DNA of 64,000 bases from Spironucleus salmonicida (GCF_000497125.1 NC_090600.1:434001-498000), one strand, 5' to 3'; positions 25,611 through 39,700 are shown, numbered from the stretch's first letter. Program-made: numbers and translations. The notes: generated by a model from the sequence alone, not told the origin.

Positions 25611-28600
25611 ATGAATCCTATATTGGTTACGCCATAGTGTCCAATAAAATATAATGGATCATCGACTTTTCCAATTTTAATTAAAAGAAACTTTTAGCCT
25701 GTAGTAAAAGATGGTATGTTGTATATATCATAGTAAACATAAGAAAGAAAAATTTCAATTTTCAATTAGTTTCCGTCTGTTTATATATTTAGTACTTTGC
25801 TTAATAAAGAATATGAGTAAATATAGAATTTTTATCCACTTTTTAATGCGATGCTTAAAAGGTCAGAATATATTAATAGTTCATCTTTTGCCATATAATT
25901 ATAGTCATTAAAACTAAAAGTATCATTGAATAATGATAAAATTATCAAATTTATTGAAAAAGAGGCAGTTGAAAATGATAGGAATGTAGCTATAAAAATT
26001 TTAAAATAACTAGACCCTATTATTTTAAAATATATTACCAAATCAACCCTATCATATGAATAAGGTAATTTTTCGCAACTAATTAAAAACTTAGAAAATG
26101 AAAAACTTCTTTCTAACTATAAGATTTTTAAATTAAGTACATTTTCATTAATCGCATTAGATGCCGCAGATAAAATATCATAAATGATTGATGGAATTTA
26201 AGTATTATTGAATTATTCAACATCTGATCTTTTAAAAGAAGTTGGATTTATAAGTGCTCCTATAAGTTAATAGTTTATAATCGAGAGAAATAAAGACATG
26301 TAAAATATTATGGAATTTCCATGCATTGCTGATTAAATCAATAAAAAAGCAAAATACAAATTAATTGAAAAGTAATAATTTTCTCAGATATTTTAATTAT
26401 CAGAAATTTAACAAATATTAACAAAAATTTGTTATAAAACTAATTTTTTATCGATTAAAAATGACATAATTCGATAAAATACAGTCCTTAAATCGTTTAG
26501 CACATAAGAGTATGAATCGGAAGAGCAATATTTAAAAATTATCTTCTCTTAGGTTGGACTTATTTTGAATAAAACAAATATTCTTTATTAACTTTAAGAT
26601 GGGTTATTTTATCCTTTAATAATAAAGTTACTATTTCATTAGAATAATTGTATATCAATGACTGCATTAAACATACCTTTTCAGGAGATTATAGATATAT
26701 ATTCAGAAATAAGTATAAATTATGAGTCGAATTTGTAAAATTGTGATTTTTTTAAAGATAGATTCTCAAAAATTATGACAAAAACACGCCATACTAATAT
26801 AGCTTTAGGATAAGCTGTCCTTAAAAGTCTGACAAAAGATTTATCAAAAATATTCAAAGATTTTAACATTGATCCATAATCACCTTTATTTTTCCCAGAG
26901 TAACTATTTTAATCCCTCAATAATTATACATCATTTAGACTTTATGCAATATTATTAGTACGGACACTTCAATAATCATCTACTTTATTGAATTGCCAAA
27001 AAATTCATCCATTAGATCATCAAACATAGTTGAAAGTTTCTAATTATTAATAACACTTACTGTTTTTATCATAATTTTTCATGAAATATGATCAAATATT
27101 ATTAATATAGAGGAAATTTAGAGAGAATCAGAGTTATTAAAGAATAAGTCTTTTAGATTAATTCAAATTGAACATATTGAACATTTAGAAACAATCTAGA
27201 TATATTTTAGCAATTAAATATTCTCAAATTAGAAAATCTGCCATTAATAGAATATAAAAATGTTTTAGACTCTAAATAACACTTAAAAACATATCTGCAT
27301 ATCTTTTGAGATAAAATCTTTATTTTAAATCATCAACTTTTATTTAATCATTCTTTAAAATGTAGTTATGCATTTCTTAGTATCAAAAGATATAAGCAAG
27401 TATTAAAAAAATTTAAAATGCTTGTGTCCCAATAAAAATAATGAAATTATCAATTATTTATCAAGATTAAATTTAAAATTTATATTAGAAAAGATTATTT
27501 ACCTCAAGTTTATTGATTTAGTAATCTATTAGAAATAAAATTTATGATAATAAGATTATATCCAAAGCAAAATAGTATTTTATAGAATTTTAAAAAATAA
27601 AAATTATTTAAAAATTTGCCCATGAGAGAATTATTATAGCTAAAATTTTGTAATTATCATAATAATATTATATACAGAAACTATAGGTGTTTGATGCTGC
27701 CCTAAATTTACAATAGAGTTTGAGATAAATTTTCAGAACCAGATGTATTATTAAGTTTTAGATACAAGTGTAAGAATCTATGATCTTATATTGTAAGAAG
27801 ATAAATATGATAAAATCTGCATTGAAATTGCATCAATTAAATGAAAATATAATAATTAAAGCTTAGAAACATCATAATATAGTTGTATAATTAAGTTTAG
27901 ATGCTTAGAAATTGTAATTTTTGATAAAATAAATATTGTAGTAAAGAAGGAAAGACTAACTTAGAAATATGATATAAGACAGTTATAAATAATTTATATA
28001 ATATACAATATAAGTATAATCTTATATTAGGTACTAGAAATATAGCAATTAAATTCTAGATTTAGCTAAAATATAATATTAAAGAATTTCTACATCAAAT
28101 ATTATTAAATAATATCTTAAAAAGGCTAGACTTGAAAATATCATAGTTTAAAGGGCTGGACAGCACTATTTAGCTAAGCTCCTATTATATCAATAAACAT
28201 ATAACCTACAAAAATAGATAAGAGAGCATAAAAGATTAATTTTGTAGTTAAAACTCAAAAATATATTAAACTAATCATATAATTAGTTTACTGGTCAAGT
28301 TATACATATTTAAAAAAAAATTAGATATAGATAAATGTTAGATAATATTATTAAAAAAGCTGCACTATATTAGTTATAAACTATGGCAGTGTTTAAGTTA
28401 AAAATGGCAATAAAGAAACATCAATAAAACAAATAAATATTATCATTAGCACAGTTATACTATAGTAATGTTTAAACTTTATTAGAGAAATAAAGGCTGT
28501 CAGCGCTAGCAATTTAGTGTAAATTTAGAAATAACTAACTAACTTAATCTGTAAAAATATTGTAAAATTCATTTTAACAAATATTACTTCATAAAAACCT

Positions 28601-29564
28601 CATTTAATTAGCAAAGATTTAACAAGAATAAATAGACAAGACTATTGGAATCAGTAAAAATCTGGTAGCCGTATTTTAAAATTATATGAAAATTTAAAGA
28701 AATTAAAGTCTTAAACATAAATTAAATAGATGTATTTTATAAGCTGAAGATTCTATTATAACAATATAAATTAAATTTAAGTAAATTTAACATAGAGATT
28801 TTTTAAAAATTATGTTTAGGCAGTATATTGACAATAAGTAAAACAAGGTTATTAAGTTACAATTGCTACTGCGGAAAGTTGTTAATGCACATCATGACAA
28901 AGACCGACTTTAAAAGTCATAACTGGCAGCATCCTAGCTTAACAGTAGTCTGTCGTAAAGTAAGGTATTAAGATCTGGAAGGCATGCTCAGAAAACGCCA
29001 CTTCACGTTTCGGCCAATGTTTCGTTGAAGGCGCTTTTACGGTCCCATCAGCCGTTCACGTAGTATCCTAACTTTGAAAGGCTGTATCATGCAGTTTCAC
29101 TAAACAGTACCTTGCTGGAAATTATCTAAAACCCGGAGTTTACATGCTGTGTGCTGGCATGCATAAGGTAGCTTCCACTAGAATAAAAGAGAGCACCCAG
29201 ATCAAACTATCGAAAATTTGGCATTATTTTGTTCAACCTACTCGGAATGTGCTTGACTAAGGAGGATTTTAAAAATTAGCAGCAGCTATATCCCCTGTCC
29301 ACCAGGGCCCTGATGTAGGAGAAAAGGCTCCCTGCCACCTTGGAAGCCGCATGTAATGTACTAGATACAGGTATGTTACTCTGTCGTGACATGAGGCTGA
29401 GCCAAATTTGTGCACCCATGGGGCAGGTGCTAGGGGAGTTTTATCGCGCAAAATTAGCGCAATCGCGTCTTGAAAGTTGCAAAGGCCAGATTGGGAGATA
29501 TATGGGTGGGCTGAGCGATGCTGGGAGAGAGCGGGCGCTCGCTGCATGGTGCTGGAGTGAATGA
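25611..29564 (+). CDS. IQ-motif repeat protein, ASPM/abnormal-spindle-like (1317 aa)
   Basis: No in-frame TGA on reading 25611 to 29564. IQ-like repeats: SAINRIQKCFR, STFIQSFFKM, SALAIQCKFR, KVIKLQLLLR. N-terminal LKQLDPIILKY, FSLIALDAA and LQDGLFYPLII recall ASPM CH regions. Crosses the spacer/arm junction at 28804. ORF is secure; family is tentative. Confidence 0.65.
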
Positions 29565-29629
29565 TTTGCCATCGAGTGCGGCACGGGTTTTAATATATCA
29601 GGATGTCTATCATTCTACTATAATACTAT

Positions 29630-29714
29630 CCCCACTTAGCTCAGTTGGCAGAGCGTTTGGCTGTAGAGCTCTGTAGTTACCGAACGGTCACTGGTTCAAT
29701 TCCGGTAGTGGGGA
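29630..29714 (+). tRNA. tRNA-Tyr(GTA) with 12-nt intron (29667-29678)
   Basis: Acceptor CCCCACT/AGTGGGG, D arm GCTC/GAGC, anticodon stem TTTGG/CCGAA, GTA at 29663-29665, intron at position 37/38, T loop TTCAATT. Confidence 0.93.
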
Positions 29715-29889
29715 ACAATTTTATTTGGTATTATATTCCTATAAATTTAAGTGCCCAAGCATGTTTTGAATTTTTTGTCGGACAATAAAAAATTGCTACA
29801 AGATTATAAAATAGTCATTCTATCATTTCAGTTTACTTGATTTTGATATTAGATGATTATTTTTTAATTTAATTTGTATTTATTTACCC

Positions 29890-31420
29890 ATCCAAATTCT
29901 GAAAATGGACCAAATTTTGGAATCCATTCAAAACTCAGTTTTAATTTTTTATTGAATACTTATAGTCCTCAGTTTTAAAATCAACTAATAACCCTATGAA
30001 ATACTTTTTTTAATACTTTGATCAAAGAGTTACGATAGATGAGGTCAAATAGTTTATTATTTAAATTATTATTATGAAGATATCACCCAGACCTAGATTA
30101 GATGATTATATTATTAAAGATACAGGATATCAGCATTCGGGTCTAAAATAATTACTATCCAGGGATTTATTCTTGTGAGCATTATCTTGCTTAAAATTCT
30201 TTAATAAGTTTACGGTTGAGAAGCTGCCTAAAGAAGAACTAAGATTAAATCTTATATCATAAAATGAGATATACTAGAATGAGAATGCATAATAATAGAT
30301 ATAAGAATTAATTGAGGATGAAAATACTTCTAGAGAACATTAAAATGAACAGTTAGAAGCGTGAAAACACAGATAAAAACAGGCATATATACGGCATATA
30401 ATGACTCCGTTTAAAGCTTCGTAAATAGAGTTCAACAATATTTGTGGAGAAAGGTGAGAACATGAATTTATGATCAAGAAGTGGGTATAAGACAGTATAT
30501 AAACATAAAAGATACATATCATCTAAATATTGCCGACGAGCTTTACTGTTTAGACTTTGTGGTGATTTATTTACAGGATATTGTCATATAGTGCCATTTT
30601 ACAAAAAATCGTTGAATAATTAGTTATAAGATATATTCAACACATTCCTAAACTCTATTAAGGATTAATTCAAAATATGAACTGTACATAACTATTTCAC
30701 TTCATTTGAATCAGTATAATTTGCATATTACATAAAAGAAGAGTAATTGTAACTATAAGATCCAATGGATAAAAGTTTACATAGTTATAAGATTACTCAA
30801 AATTGTTCTAATATAGATGAGTAAATTATCACCATTTTTGAATCACAGAATTAAAAGACCAAAGTTGTACATGTTTGCCATACCAAGTAATGTTCTCCTA
30901 TTCATTAAGATGCTGATGAAAATTATTACTCTGAGCTATGACCTGAGATAATAAATACCTCTTAACAAAATATCAGAGGGGTTGAGTAGTGTGACAAATA
31001 TTTTTAATCATTTAATGGAATCACAAGGTAAGTTTTTGGTCCACTAATTTATTTTTCTATCTTTTGCATCTTTGTCTTGTGACCAGTTTTTTACTCTTGT
31101 AAAATTATAATAGAATTTAACATATGTCTGAGATAATACTTGGGTAAATTAATGGTTAGTCTTATATATAATTTACCTATATAAAAGTACTCATAAATTC
31201 ATGACACTTTCCCTATATAATAGGAACATATTTCTAAGGCAAAAAAACTAATATGAATACTTCTGATGTCAGTTTATATACATTATGCAGTAAATGCCAA
31301 CTTAAGTTGAAACATTGTAGGTTATGTCGTAAAAAGATAAAGCGTATGTAAAATAAAAATAAATAGCATAAAATGTCAGAGATAAAGAAGAAAATTAAGA
31401 ATGAGAATATTTGTTTCCCC
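29890..31420 (+). pseudogene. decayed piggyBac-like (DDE_Tnp_1_7) transposase
   Basis: Motifs in piggyBac order: VTIDEVKQFI...RPRLDDY, LLSRDLFL*ALSCLKF, MTPFKAS...FMIKKWVQDS, YHLNIADELY, PEIINTSQQNIRGVEQCD, CRLCRKKIKR. Several in-frame TGA and frameshifts; ends approximate. Confidence 0.72.
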
Positions 31421-31572
31421 TATAATAGAATATAACAAAGCATAAAATTAACTACTAGCAGGAATATCTATCATGACTTTCTTAATTTTTTAAAAATAAG
31501 CCTTAGGGTCCTAAGTGTACACTTCGGATCATGCTAATACTCGTTTAGTGCAAACCAGGCACAAAAAATATT

Positions 31573-31644
31573 GGGGAAATCCGGGAATGGAACCCGGGAC
31601 CTCCTCTACCCTAAAGAGGAATCATACCACTAGACCAATTTCCC
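31573..31644 (-). tRNA. tRNA-Pro(AGG)
   Basis: Mirror of 22640-22711. Confidence 0.95.
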
Positions 31645-31723
31645 ATACTAAACGATAAAAAGTACAGCAGAATTTACATTATTTGTTTTGCTTACCCTCC
31701 TCCTAATTAGTAGCCCTTCCACA

Positions 31724-31888
31724 ATGCACACCATCGACATCGTTTCGATTTGTCTTTTCTCTGCGCTGCTGATATTCATAGTGGGCGGTCTGATACGACT
31801 TTTCGTGGGTTTCGGCCGCACACTCAAGCTGCTGTCCTAGCGGGAGACTAAGTGTGCCACCGACTGTGAACAGGGTGCTGAGGAGTGA
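31724..31888 (+). CDS. small membrane peptide (54 aa, MHTIDIVSICLFSALLIFIVGGLIRLF...)
   Basis: C-rich CCCTTCCACA before the ATG, one TM segment, ends in GAGTGA. Confidence 0.5.
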
Positions 31889-32022
31889 GTGATCAGGTTA
31901 TCCAAATTGCTGGAACACCGCTGTTTCGTCCAGCGTGTTCTCTCCGGATCCATTCCGGTTGCGGAGAGCAGCTTCCTGCGGCGGCCCAATACCATCTAGG
32001 GGTTATCTCAGTGTTTACTCAC

Positions 32023-32517
32023 TCAATGCCACTTTTTAGAAGAGAATAGCTGGGCGCTCGTCTTGCTCTTTTTTATCCGCGCCGACAGCTTCTGCTGCTG
32101 CTCGTCCAGGACCCGTACCGAGAGAATCTCGTACTTCCGCGCCGACAGCGCTATGATCCGGTCGTCATTCGTGTCACTTTTTATTAGTAACTCCTAATGT
32201 TTAAAAGTATTAAATTCTGTAGTTACATAATTAATAATTTACTGTTAAGTAAGCTATTTTCGCATCACAAGAGCTTTAAGACGGTAAAGTTCTACCCAAT
32301 CTGACTTATATGTATCGTCAACTCGACAAAAATACTGCTTGCAAACTTCTATAAGTGAGATTTTGCATTATATTTACTCCTAAATTAGTTTCTTTTTCTT
32401 ATTTATATTCATTGCCTGTTATATATAGTCTTCGGATATAATTTCTGGTTATTGCCTACTGTGTATAGGCAATGGTGGTAGTGTGGAAGCATTAAAGGTG
32501 GTGCCTGTTCGCTTCAT
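32023..32517 (-). CDS. hypothetical protein (164 aa) crossing the IR1 outer boundary
   Basis: Code-6 ORF MKRTGTTF...SSKKWH*; the last ~50 codons lie inside the arm. Confidence 0.6.
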
Positions 32518-32684
32518 TATTAATTTCATTGATCTTATTTGACTATATAATATACTCAATTTCTCATTATAAAAACTTTCGTTAAAACCTAATTGCGGAT
32601 ACTAACATCAATAATTCCAAAATAAATAATCATGAGTTATTAAACAAAACTATAATTATTATACACTAATTAGCTTATAAAATG

Positions 32685-33680
32685 TCACTGGTATTATAAT
32701 GGCGGATATCTGTTTACTTCAAAATCACCACTAAATTAATATGCACGATATATAAGACTGCCACGAGTCTACATTCGTCCTGCGTTACTTTATGCCTAGA
32801 GACTTAGCGCAAAAAGAATAAAAACGAAAACTAGTAAAAATAAGCCAAAACCTCCGATAAAGAGACCTAAAAACCACCATATTCTTATCGAAATTCCAGT
32901 GACACCGAATTCGAGCAGAGCAGTTTACGGGGCTTTTTGGGAATAAATTACCACTTCGATGGGAGAAATTCCTATGAAATTCGACGAAAATTCGAATGGA
33001 GAAGGGCTCAAATAGCGTCCTCTGCTATCAGGGGTAGCCAGAAATGCAATTTAAAACGGTTTCTGTACAAATTCTCCTACAGTTTTTAACTTAAAAATCG
33101 ACTTAATTTGCGGAATATTATTGCCGTATGATACTTCTACTTAGAATTCAGTTCCAGCAGCCACTTTAAAAGGTATTTAAAAATCCCCCAGTTTCCAAAA
33201 ATCGTTAATTAGCATTGGTGGGGACCCAATATTTGTCATAACTTGTGTGCCATCAGGATTGGTTTAAACGAGTTGTGTTTAGACGTTTAATGCATTAAAA
33301 TTCATGTCCGCTACTTCATTTCCAAATTTAAAAATTTTGAATATAATGTTCCGTAAATTGTATTATACCAATGAATTAAATTTTGGGTCTGAAAACGCAG
33401 TAATTAAAAATCCTATAGACAACATGAAAGTGGTGAATCCTAAAAGTAAAATACACAACAAAGGTGGTGAATCGTACCCAGTGAAAGGTTATTTTTATGA
33501 TTTTTTGATGGATTTTGGTTTCTGTCGTTTAGTTTATTTTTGCTTTGTAGGTTATTGCTGGTTTTACGAATTTTCTTGGTGAGTTGACTGTGATTTAGAT
33601 GTAGATAACGATACTGTGGATTCATGCGAGTTTTCTTAATCTTGTGGATCTGGTGTTTAATTATTATGCTCTGAGGACAT
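32685..33680 (-). CDS. two-TM membrane protein (331 aa)
   Basis: Code-6 ORF with polar N-terminus and TM segments LLCILLLGFTTFMLSIGFLITAF and IWWFLGLFIGGFGLFLLVFVFILFAL; ends in CAGTGA. Confidence 0.7.
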
Positions 33681-33731
33681 TTAATTATTGTAAAATATAA
33701 TATAATGTTTTATATATAATAATATAAAATT

Positions 33732-36700
33732 TCACCATTATGGAGCCCACCCCGCATAACTCTGGCATAGATTTTCTAAGTTCTCTGCAACAGTAATAAG
33801 TTTTACAGCATGCTGATCATCATCAGTGTAATTTCCCCATAATTCATATCCATTCATCTTCTTTGACATACCTTCAAGTTATTCCTATTCAATAAAGTCT
33901 CTAAATATTGTTAAAATGTATGATTAATTATGCTTCATTACATGTAGACATTTTGATAATACCGTTTTAAAATAACCTTATGTTCCGCATGCATCCAGAG
34001 CTTTTTCGAGTATTCTCGTTAATCTGAATGGAACTTTTTCTGGAAATTTTTCTCTTTTTTATGCAGCTTCGAAACAGTCGCCATAGTCTATATGTAATAC
34101 TCTTGAGCTCATATTATATAATAATATATTTCCAGGATGACGATCACCTAATCCAATTACATGCCCGATTGCACTCATAGCAGCTAATGTTGCAATAAAT
34201 GGACTTCTACGTTCGATAAAATTTTCACTACTACAAGATATTGCAAATAATTCTTTGCGTAAATCAGTAGAAGGACATGAAAGCTAAGAAAAGAGCATTG
34301 CATCGACTCGTTACGATAATGACAATATACTATAATTATCTGCCCTAAACATAATTTAATTCATTTCAGTAGATTCACTTACATTTTACGATTTTCTTTA
34401 TTTCTAAATGATATCAAGTAATGAGCAAGTTTTTGGAACCCAGAATATCAATCCAGATTGCGATGAAAGAGGAATAACTGGATAAAAATGTACGGTAATA
34501 TCAGTTGAAAATGCGATCCTTTCAGTCTAAAAAATACTATTAATAAACATTAAAAACTGCATAACACGTTCATCTTATCGTAGATCTTCTTTTCCTTTTA
34601 GTAAATAACAATAGACCTCTCCATCAGTGGCTTATATACCTAGCTTCCTAGGGCACTATTTTGATGGTATAATTAACAATTATGGTAAAAATCTTTCAAC
34701 TTTAATTGTATTAGATCCAAATAACATGAAATTAGGCTATTTAAGTTGGGATAAAAATGGAGAAATAGAATTAAGAGGTAAATTTTATTATTAAATTTAC
34801 TCTTGAAGCTCAGATGATATATCTATAAAGTGAGATATTAAATCATCTTTTATAGATGGGTTTAGGTTCAGTATAGATTATTTGAAAAAGTCCCATACTT
34901 TAATTAATTTAGGGTATATTAGTTAATTAAAACTGACTTCTAATGGTATTTAACTATTTAAGTTATACTCCTAAATCAGAATAGTAAATTGATCGAAAAA
35001 TTCAGATATTAAATTGGTATTTAGTAATGTAATAAAAGTTTAGCATTTATCATATGTTTTTTCAAATGTTGATTACGATACTTTATTGAGTTCTTATAAA
35101 GTTTGAAGTAAAGGTATAGCAATATCTTATGAGTTACGTATAATAATATCAATTATTTAGACAAGTTAGTTTTATATTATTATGTTATCAATATTAGCAT
35201 TACAATAAAGTAGTGTTAATGTTTCCTACGGGAACTTAATTCCTAGACTTAAAATAATTTGTTACAATTATTGATTGTATTTGAAATCATACTTGGTAGC
35301 ATATAATGTCAATTATGGAAGAATTGGTAGCCAATTTTCTATTTCTGTTTCTTACATACTTGTAAGTACTAGTTACTCAATTTCATCACAAAGTTAATAC
35401 TAAGATATAATATTTATTATCTATAATCCAGCTTAAATTCGTAAATTATCATTCTTTACAGCTTAAAATAAATATTAAATTGCTTTTTCTAAATATTTTT
35501 AATTACTTGTTTTAGAGATGACATTAGTTGATGATAAAGAAATTGAAGAAATAGATAAATCTAATGGTTCTTAATTGAATAATTAAAATGAAACCTCTGC
35601 AGCTCTAAATGCTAATAAATCACAATTTTAAGCTACCGCTGCTCCAGTCTCTAAAATTTATAATATTTCTTCATTGGATGACATATCACTAGTTATTTTA
35701 AAACATTATTTAGTTTAATTCCTTACAAGGATTTTAATTAAGGAAGATTTATCTGTAAAAGTTCGAGAACTATCAGATAATTAAGACAAAGTAGAAGAAT
35801 ACACATCGGAATCTGTTTATTCTGAAGTTATTGAGTTTGAATTTTAAGAATTATAAATACGGTATATATTATTTACCAAAGAATCATGAATATCATCGTC
35901 TTTAAGATGGGTTTACTATTATTCTAAAGTTTTGAGCATTTCAACAATCTTAAAATGTACTTTTTCTATTAATATATCTCCTTCTTTTAATTATAATGCC
36001 AATCGTGTAAGATGAACAAATCCAGCTACCTTATTTTCGATTTTATAGTCTTTAAATAAGAGTTTTGAATAACAATATATAACTTCTGAAGATTATATTT
36101 CTAATGGTGGGATAAGTATATCTAAATTATCTGAATTAATACTATATTATTTATTATTATTGTGATACATTCTAAACAAATTTTATGGTTTTTTGTTGAA
36201 TAAAGACTCAATCAGATTTCTTGCTAAATAAATTCTTCCTGATTTGAGAGCTTAATTTGCAAAACTAACATAAGCTGAATAATCTTAATGCACAGGTATA
36301 ATCAATTTTCTAATTCTAACAAGTGAGATCCAAAACTCTATGTCCTATCTAATGTTAGCTAATCTTCTACTCCACAGTAGTTATAAATGCTTAATTCTTT
36401 TGTTGTTTTCCTTTTCTATTATTATACGTGAGGTTTCATCTGTAACTTTTTCTAATGATTATTTCTAAGCTACCAAAAAACTGTTCGCTTCCTATAATTC
36501 AATAACCTACTAAAAGTCGATTAATTACTCATATGCACGATCATAATTTTCTTAGATACTAGTTTGTATTTATTTAGCTAATATATGTTTAAGATAAACT
36601 ATTTTTTCTAATGCATCTGTATATTTATTTGTTTTAGTGCTGATAATAATCTAAAATAACAATTTGCTAGATTCTTATTTGCCTGGGATTTTTTCTACCC

Positions 36701-39700
36701 ATTAACTGGCCTCGTCATAATTAGAATCTATTAATGCTTCTACTGCATACTTTGCTATTTAAATATTAAATTTTTCTACATATTATTGTTTTTTATAAGG
36801 CTCTAAATATGATAACGATTCCGTAATATCTTTAAAAGCCTATATATCTGTCAATAATTAATTATAATTGCCAAGACTAAATTACGCTGAAATTTTACTT
36901 AAAGAAATAGCATAGTATTCTCGATAGGAATCCTTAAGTTGCTAAATTAATTTTGGATTACGTTAGATTGATTAGGGAGTCTCTTAAATTAAAAATGTTT
37001 CAATAACAAGTTATTATTACGTATATAATTAAATTGCTTAATTATAATCAAATGATGCTTCAAACCATGCAGGTTTTGGGTTAAAAATTTAAATAAAAAG
37101 TGGTTTTAATTTAGTTAAAATATATGCTAAGATACACTCTGCAATTTTATCTTTTTAATCAAAAGTTAGTTCAGTAAACTAGATAAAAAATTCTGTAAAT
37201 TATAGTTAGATAGTTTGAATAACAGTATTTGCAGTTATAACAGTATCTTATAAAAACATGTTTTCTAGATATATTTAGTTACCTGTAATTATTTAAAATT
37301 AAATTTAAAACCCTTATAAGTCATATTTTTCAATATTCTGCATTATTGTTTCATAAGATGAAGTAAATGGTAATTTAGAAAAATATTTTATATATTTTTT
37401 CGCTAATAATCCTAATGTGAGTAAAAATTATTTATCTAGTTTGATTTATTCAATTTTTAATAAACTTTTTGCCGAATCAACAAAATATAAGCGTTTATAT
37501 GTTTTAAAAAGCATATCTACGTATTAGGCACTACTTTAATCATACAATACTTCTCTGATTCTTAAACTTCTATTATAAGCTTAATATTTGTCACTTAATT
37601 CAGCAATGGTGTCATAATTCATTAAATAACTAATATCTACAGAATTTCTATTCAAAAAATCAATCATATTAATAAAATATAACTAAATATTAAATGGTAC
37701 TGTATTTGAAAATATTTTTTTAGTAACATTTGATATCAAACTTAAATATGTTATTCTTTTCTACTCATTTTATAGTAATTCAAATATAGAGAAATTAATT
37801 AAGGTCTATTAGTTCATTACACTAAGGCTAGCTAGATTAAAACAGGATGCTATAAATTTATTCGCAGACTGTTTTATTAGGTTAGCAATAAAAATAGAAA
37901 ACCATTAGTTCCATTCTTCTGTATTATTACAATTTGGAGATTTCCAAATATCTGTATCAGCTTTTAATACAAGACTTTCTTACTTAATAGAAACTAATGC
38001 AGCTCCAAACAAATATGGTTAGTTTAGTGTTAATGATAATGGTGTTTAATTTTCTGAAATCTATTTCGCTAAATATTCAACATTAGTAAAATCTAACTTA
38101 ATATCAGGATAATTTAAATAAATTGGTTCTATGCATTGATTATTAATAGAATTAAAACAACCCAGGAGATAATATTTATTCAATATAAACCCTCTTTCAT
38201 CCAATAATTTAACGGCTAATAGTAAATTCTATAAGTATGGTGGAGTCTATTCAAATAATTTACGCTTTTATATCAAAAAGTATAACAACTTTGTATCAAA
38301 AATACAACAAATTGCAATAAAATAAAAATTTTTAGTGTCAGTATTATAAAATTTTAATAAGTATTAGTAAATAATATTACTAAACTATTTCCCAGCTTTG
38401 AAATAGCAAAATATACGCATAACAACATCTAAAGCCTTTTCAACATATATAGTATCTTAAAAATATTATGTTGACTTCAATATTTATGGAATTAATAAAT
38501 GAATTTCTGATTCAATTTGCTTTTTTAAGACTAATATGGTAGTTAAAGTCCTTTTTGCCAATTCCATACTTGAATCTTTTTCAAAATTTTAAAATACAAA
38601 CTAAAAAATATCTTATTTATAAGCCAATGTCGTTGAGTCTAAAATATAAGTGATTTACTCGATAAGACTTAACAAATTCGATTTGAGATTTTTATTGGAC
38701 ATTAATTTTAATATTGCTTCTATAATTATTTATTACATGAAAGGAAGAATATAAGAAATATATTACACTATATGAGTTAAGTTCTAAATGACAATCAATT
38801 AGAAATAAAAATCATCAGATGATTTTAAAAACTCACAAATTCTTGTAACATGTCTAAGGACATCAAACTTAAGCTATTTCTCGGAACTATGTAGTAAAAT
38901 ATTCTTAAATGCAACTATAGAACTAATTCGTGCGTTTGAAATTTCGCATTTCATACTCCAGAATATACAATTTAGAATTTCTGAAGTAATATTGTCATGA
39001 TGAAAATTAAGATCAGATTGTTTATACAATACAGAGCTCATATCTGTAATTCTTTGGTTAACTTGGTCAAAAATAACAATTCCATGTGAGTCAATAGCTG
39101 TTACTTTTCTTTGTTAATTGATATGTTTAACCAGTATCATATTGTTATAGGTTTGGCTATTTTATAAGAATGTATTAGTACATTCCTTTTCAATTTTTGA
39201 TAAATCGATTTCACTATTTATTGGGCCTAGAATCACCAAAGCTTTAGTAGCCTCAAGATAGATCTCATTATTCTTTTTATTTTTTATAAAATAAATTAAT
39301 CTGGGAAACAGTTAAGGAACAAGAAGATAATATAAAATTGATGATGCTTATGATCTTACTATTTCATGCAAAGCTAAAAGAACTGCTTTAATTATCTTAT
39401 CGCTATCATTCATAATTAAATATGTAAGTTACTCCATAAATCCTTCTAAGTAATCTCTAATATCAATTTATAGAAATTTGAAGAATCCACTAAAACCTGT
39501 TATCACTTGTACAATACTTTCTTCGTTCCATAAATTAAATTTAACTTTACTAAATATCTTAGCTATTATAGGCTGGTGAACTAGAAATACGTCATGCGCA
39601 TCATTAAGACACCTTGAAATGAATTTAATCTTACCTATATCAGGGTTAATATTTTAGAGCCCATTTAAGCAGAAAAAGAAATGCTCTCTAAGAACTTAAG

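Larger units (their letters stand above)
28804..32173. repeat. IR1 right arm (3370 bp)
   Basis: Reverse complement of 22111-25480. Confidence 0.97.

Noticed and set aside
29747-31550. TTAA at 29747 as a piggyBac terminus
   Set aside because: No convincing matching inverted terminal repeat at the other end, and TTAA is very common here.
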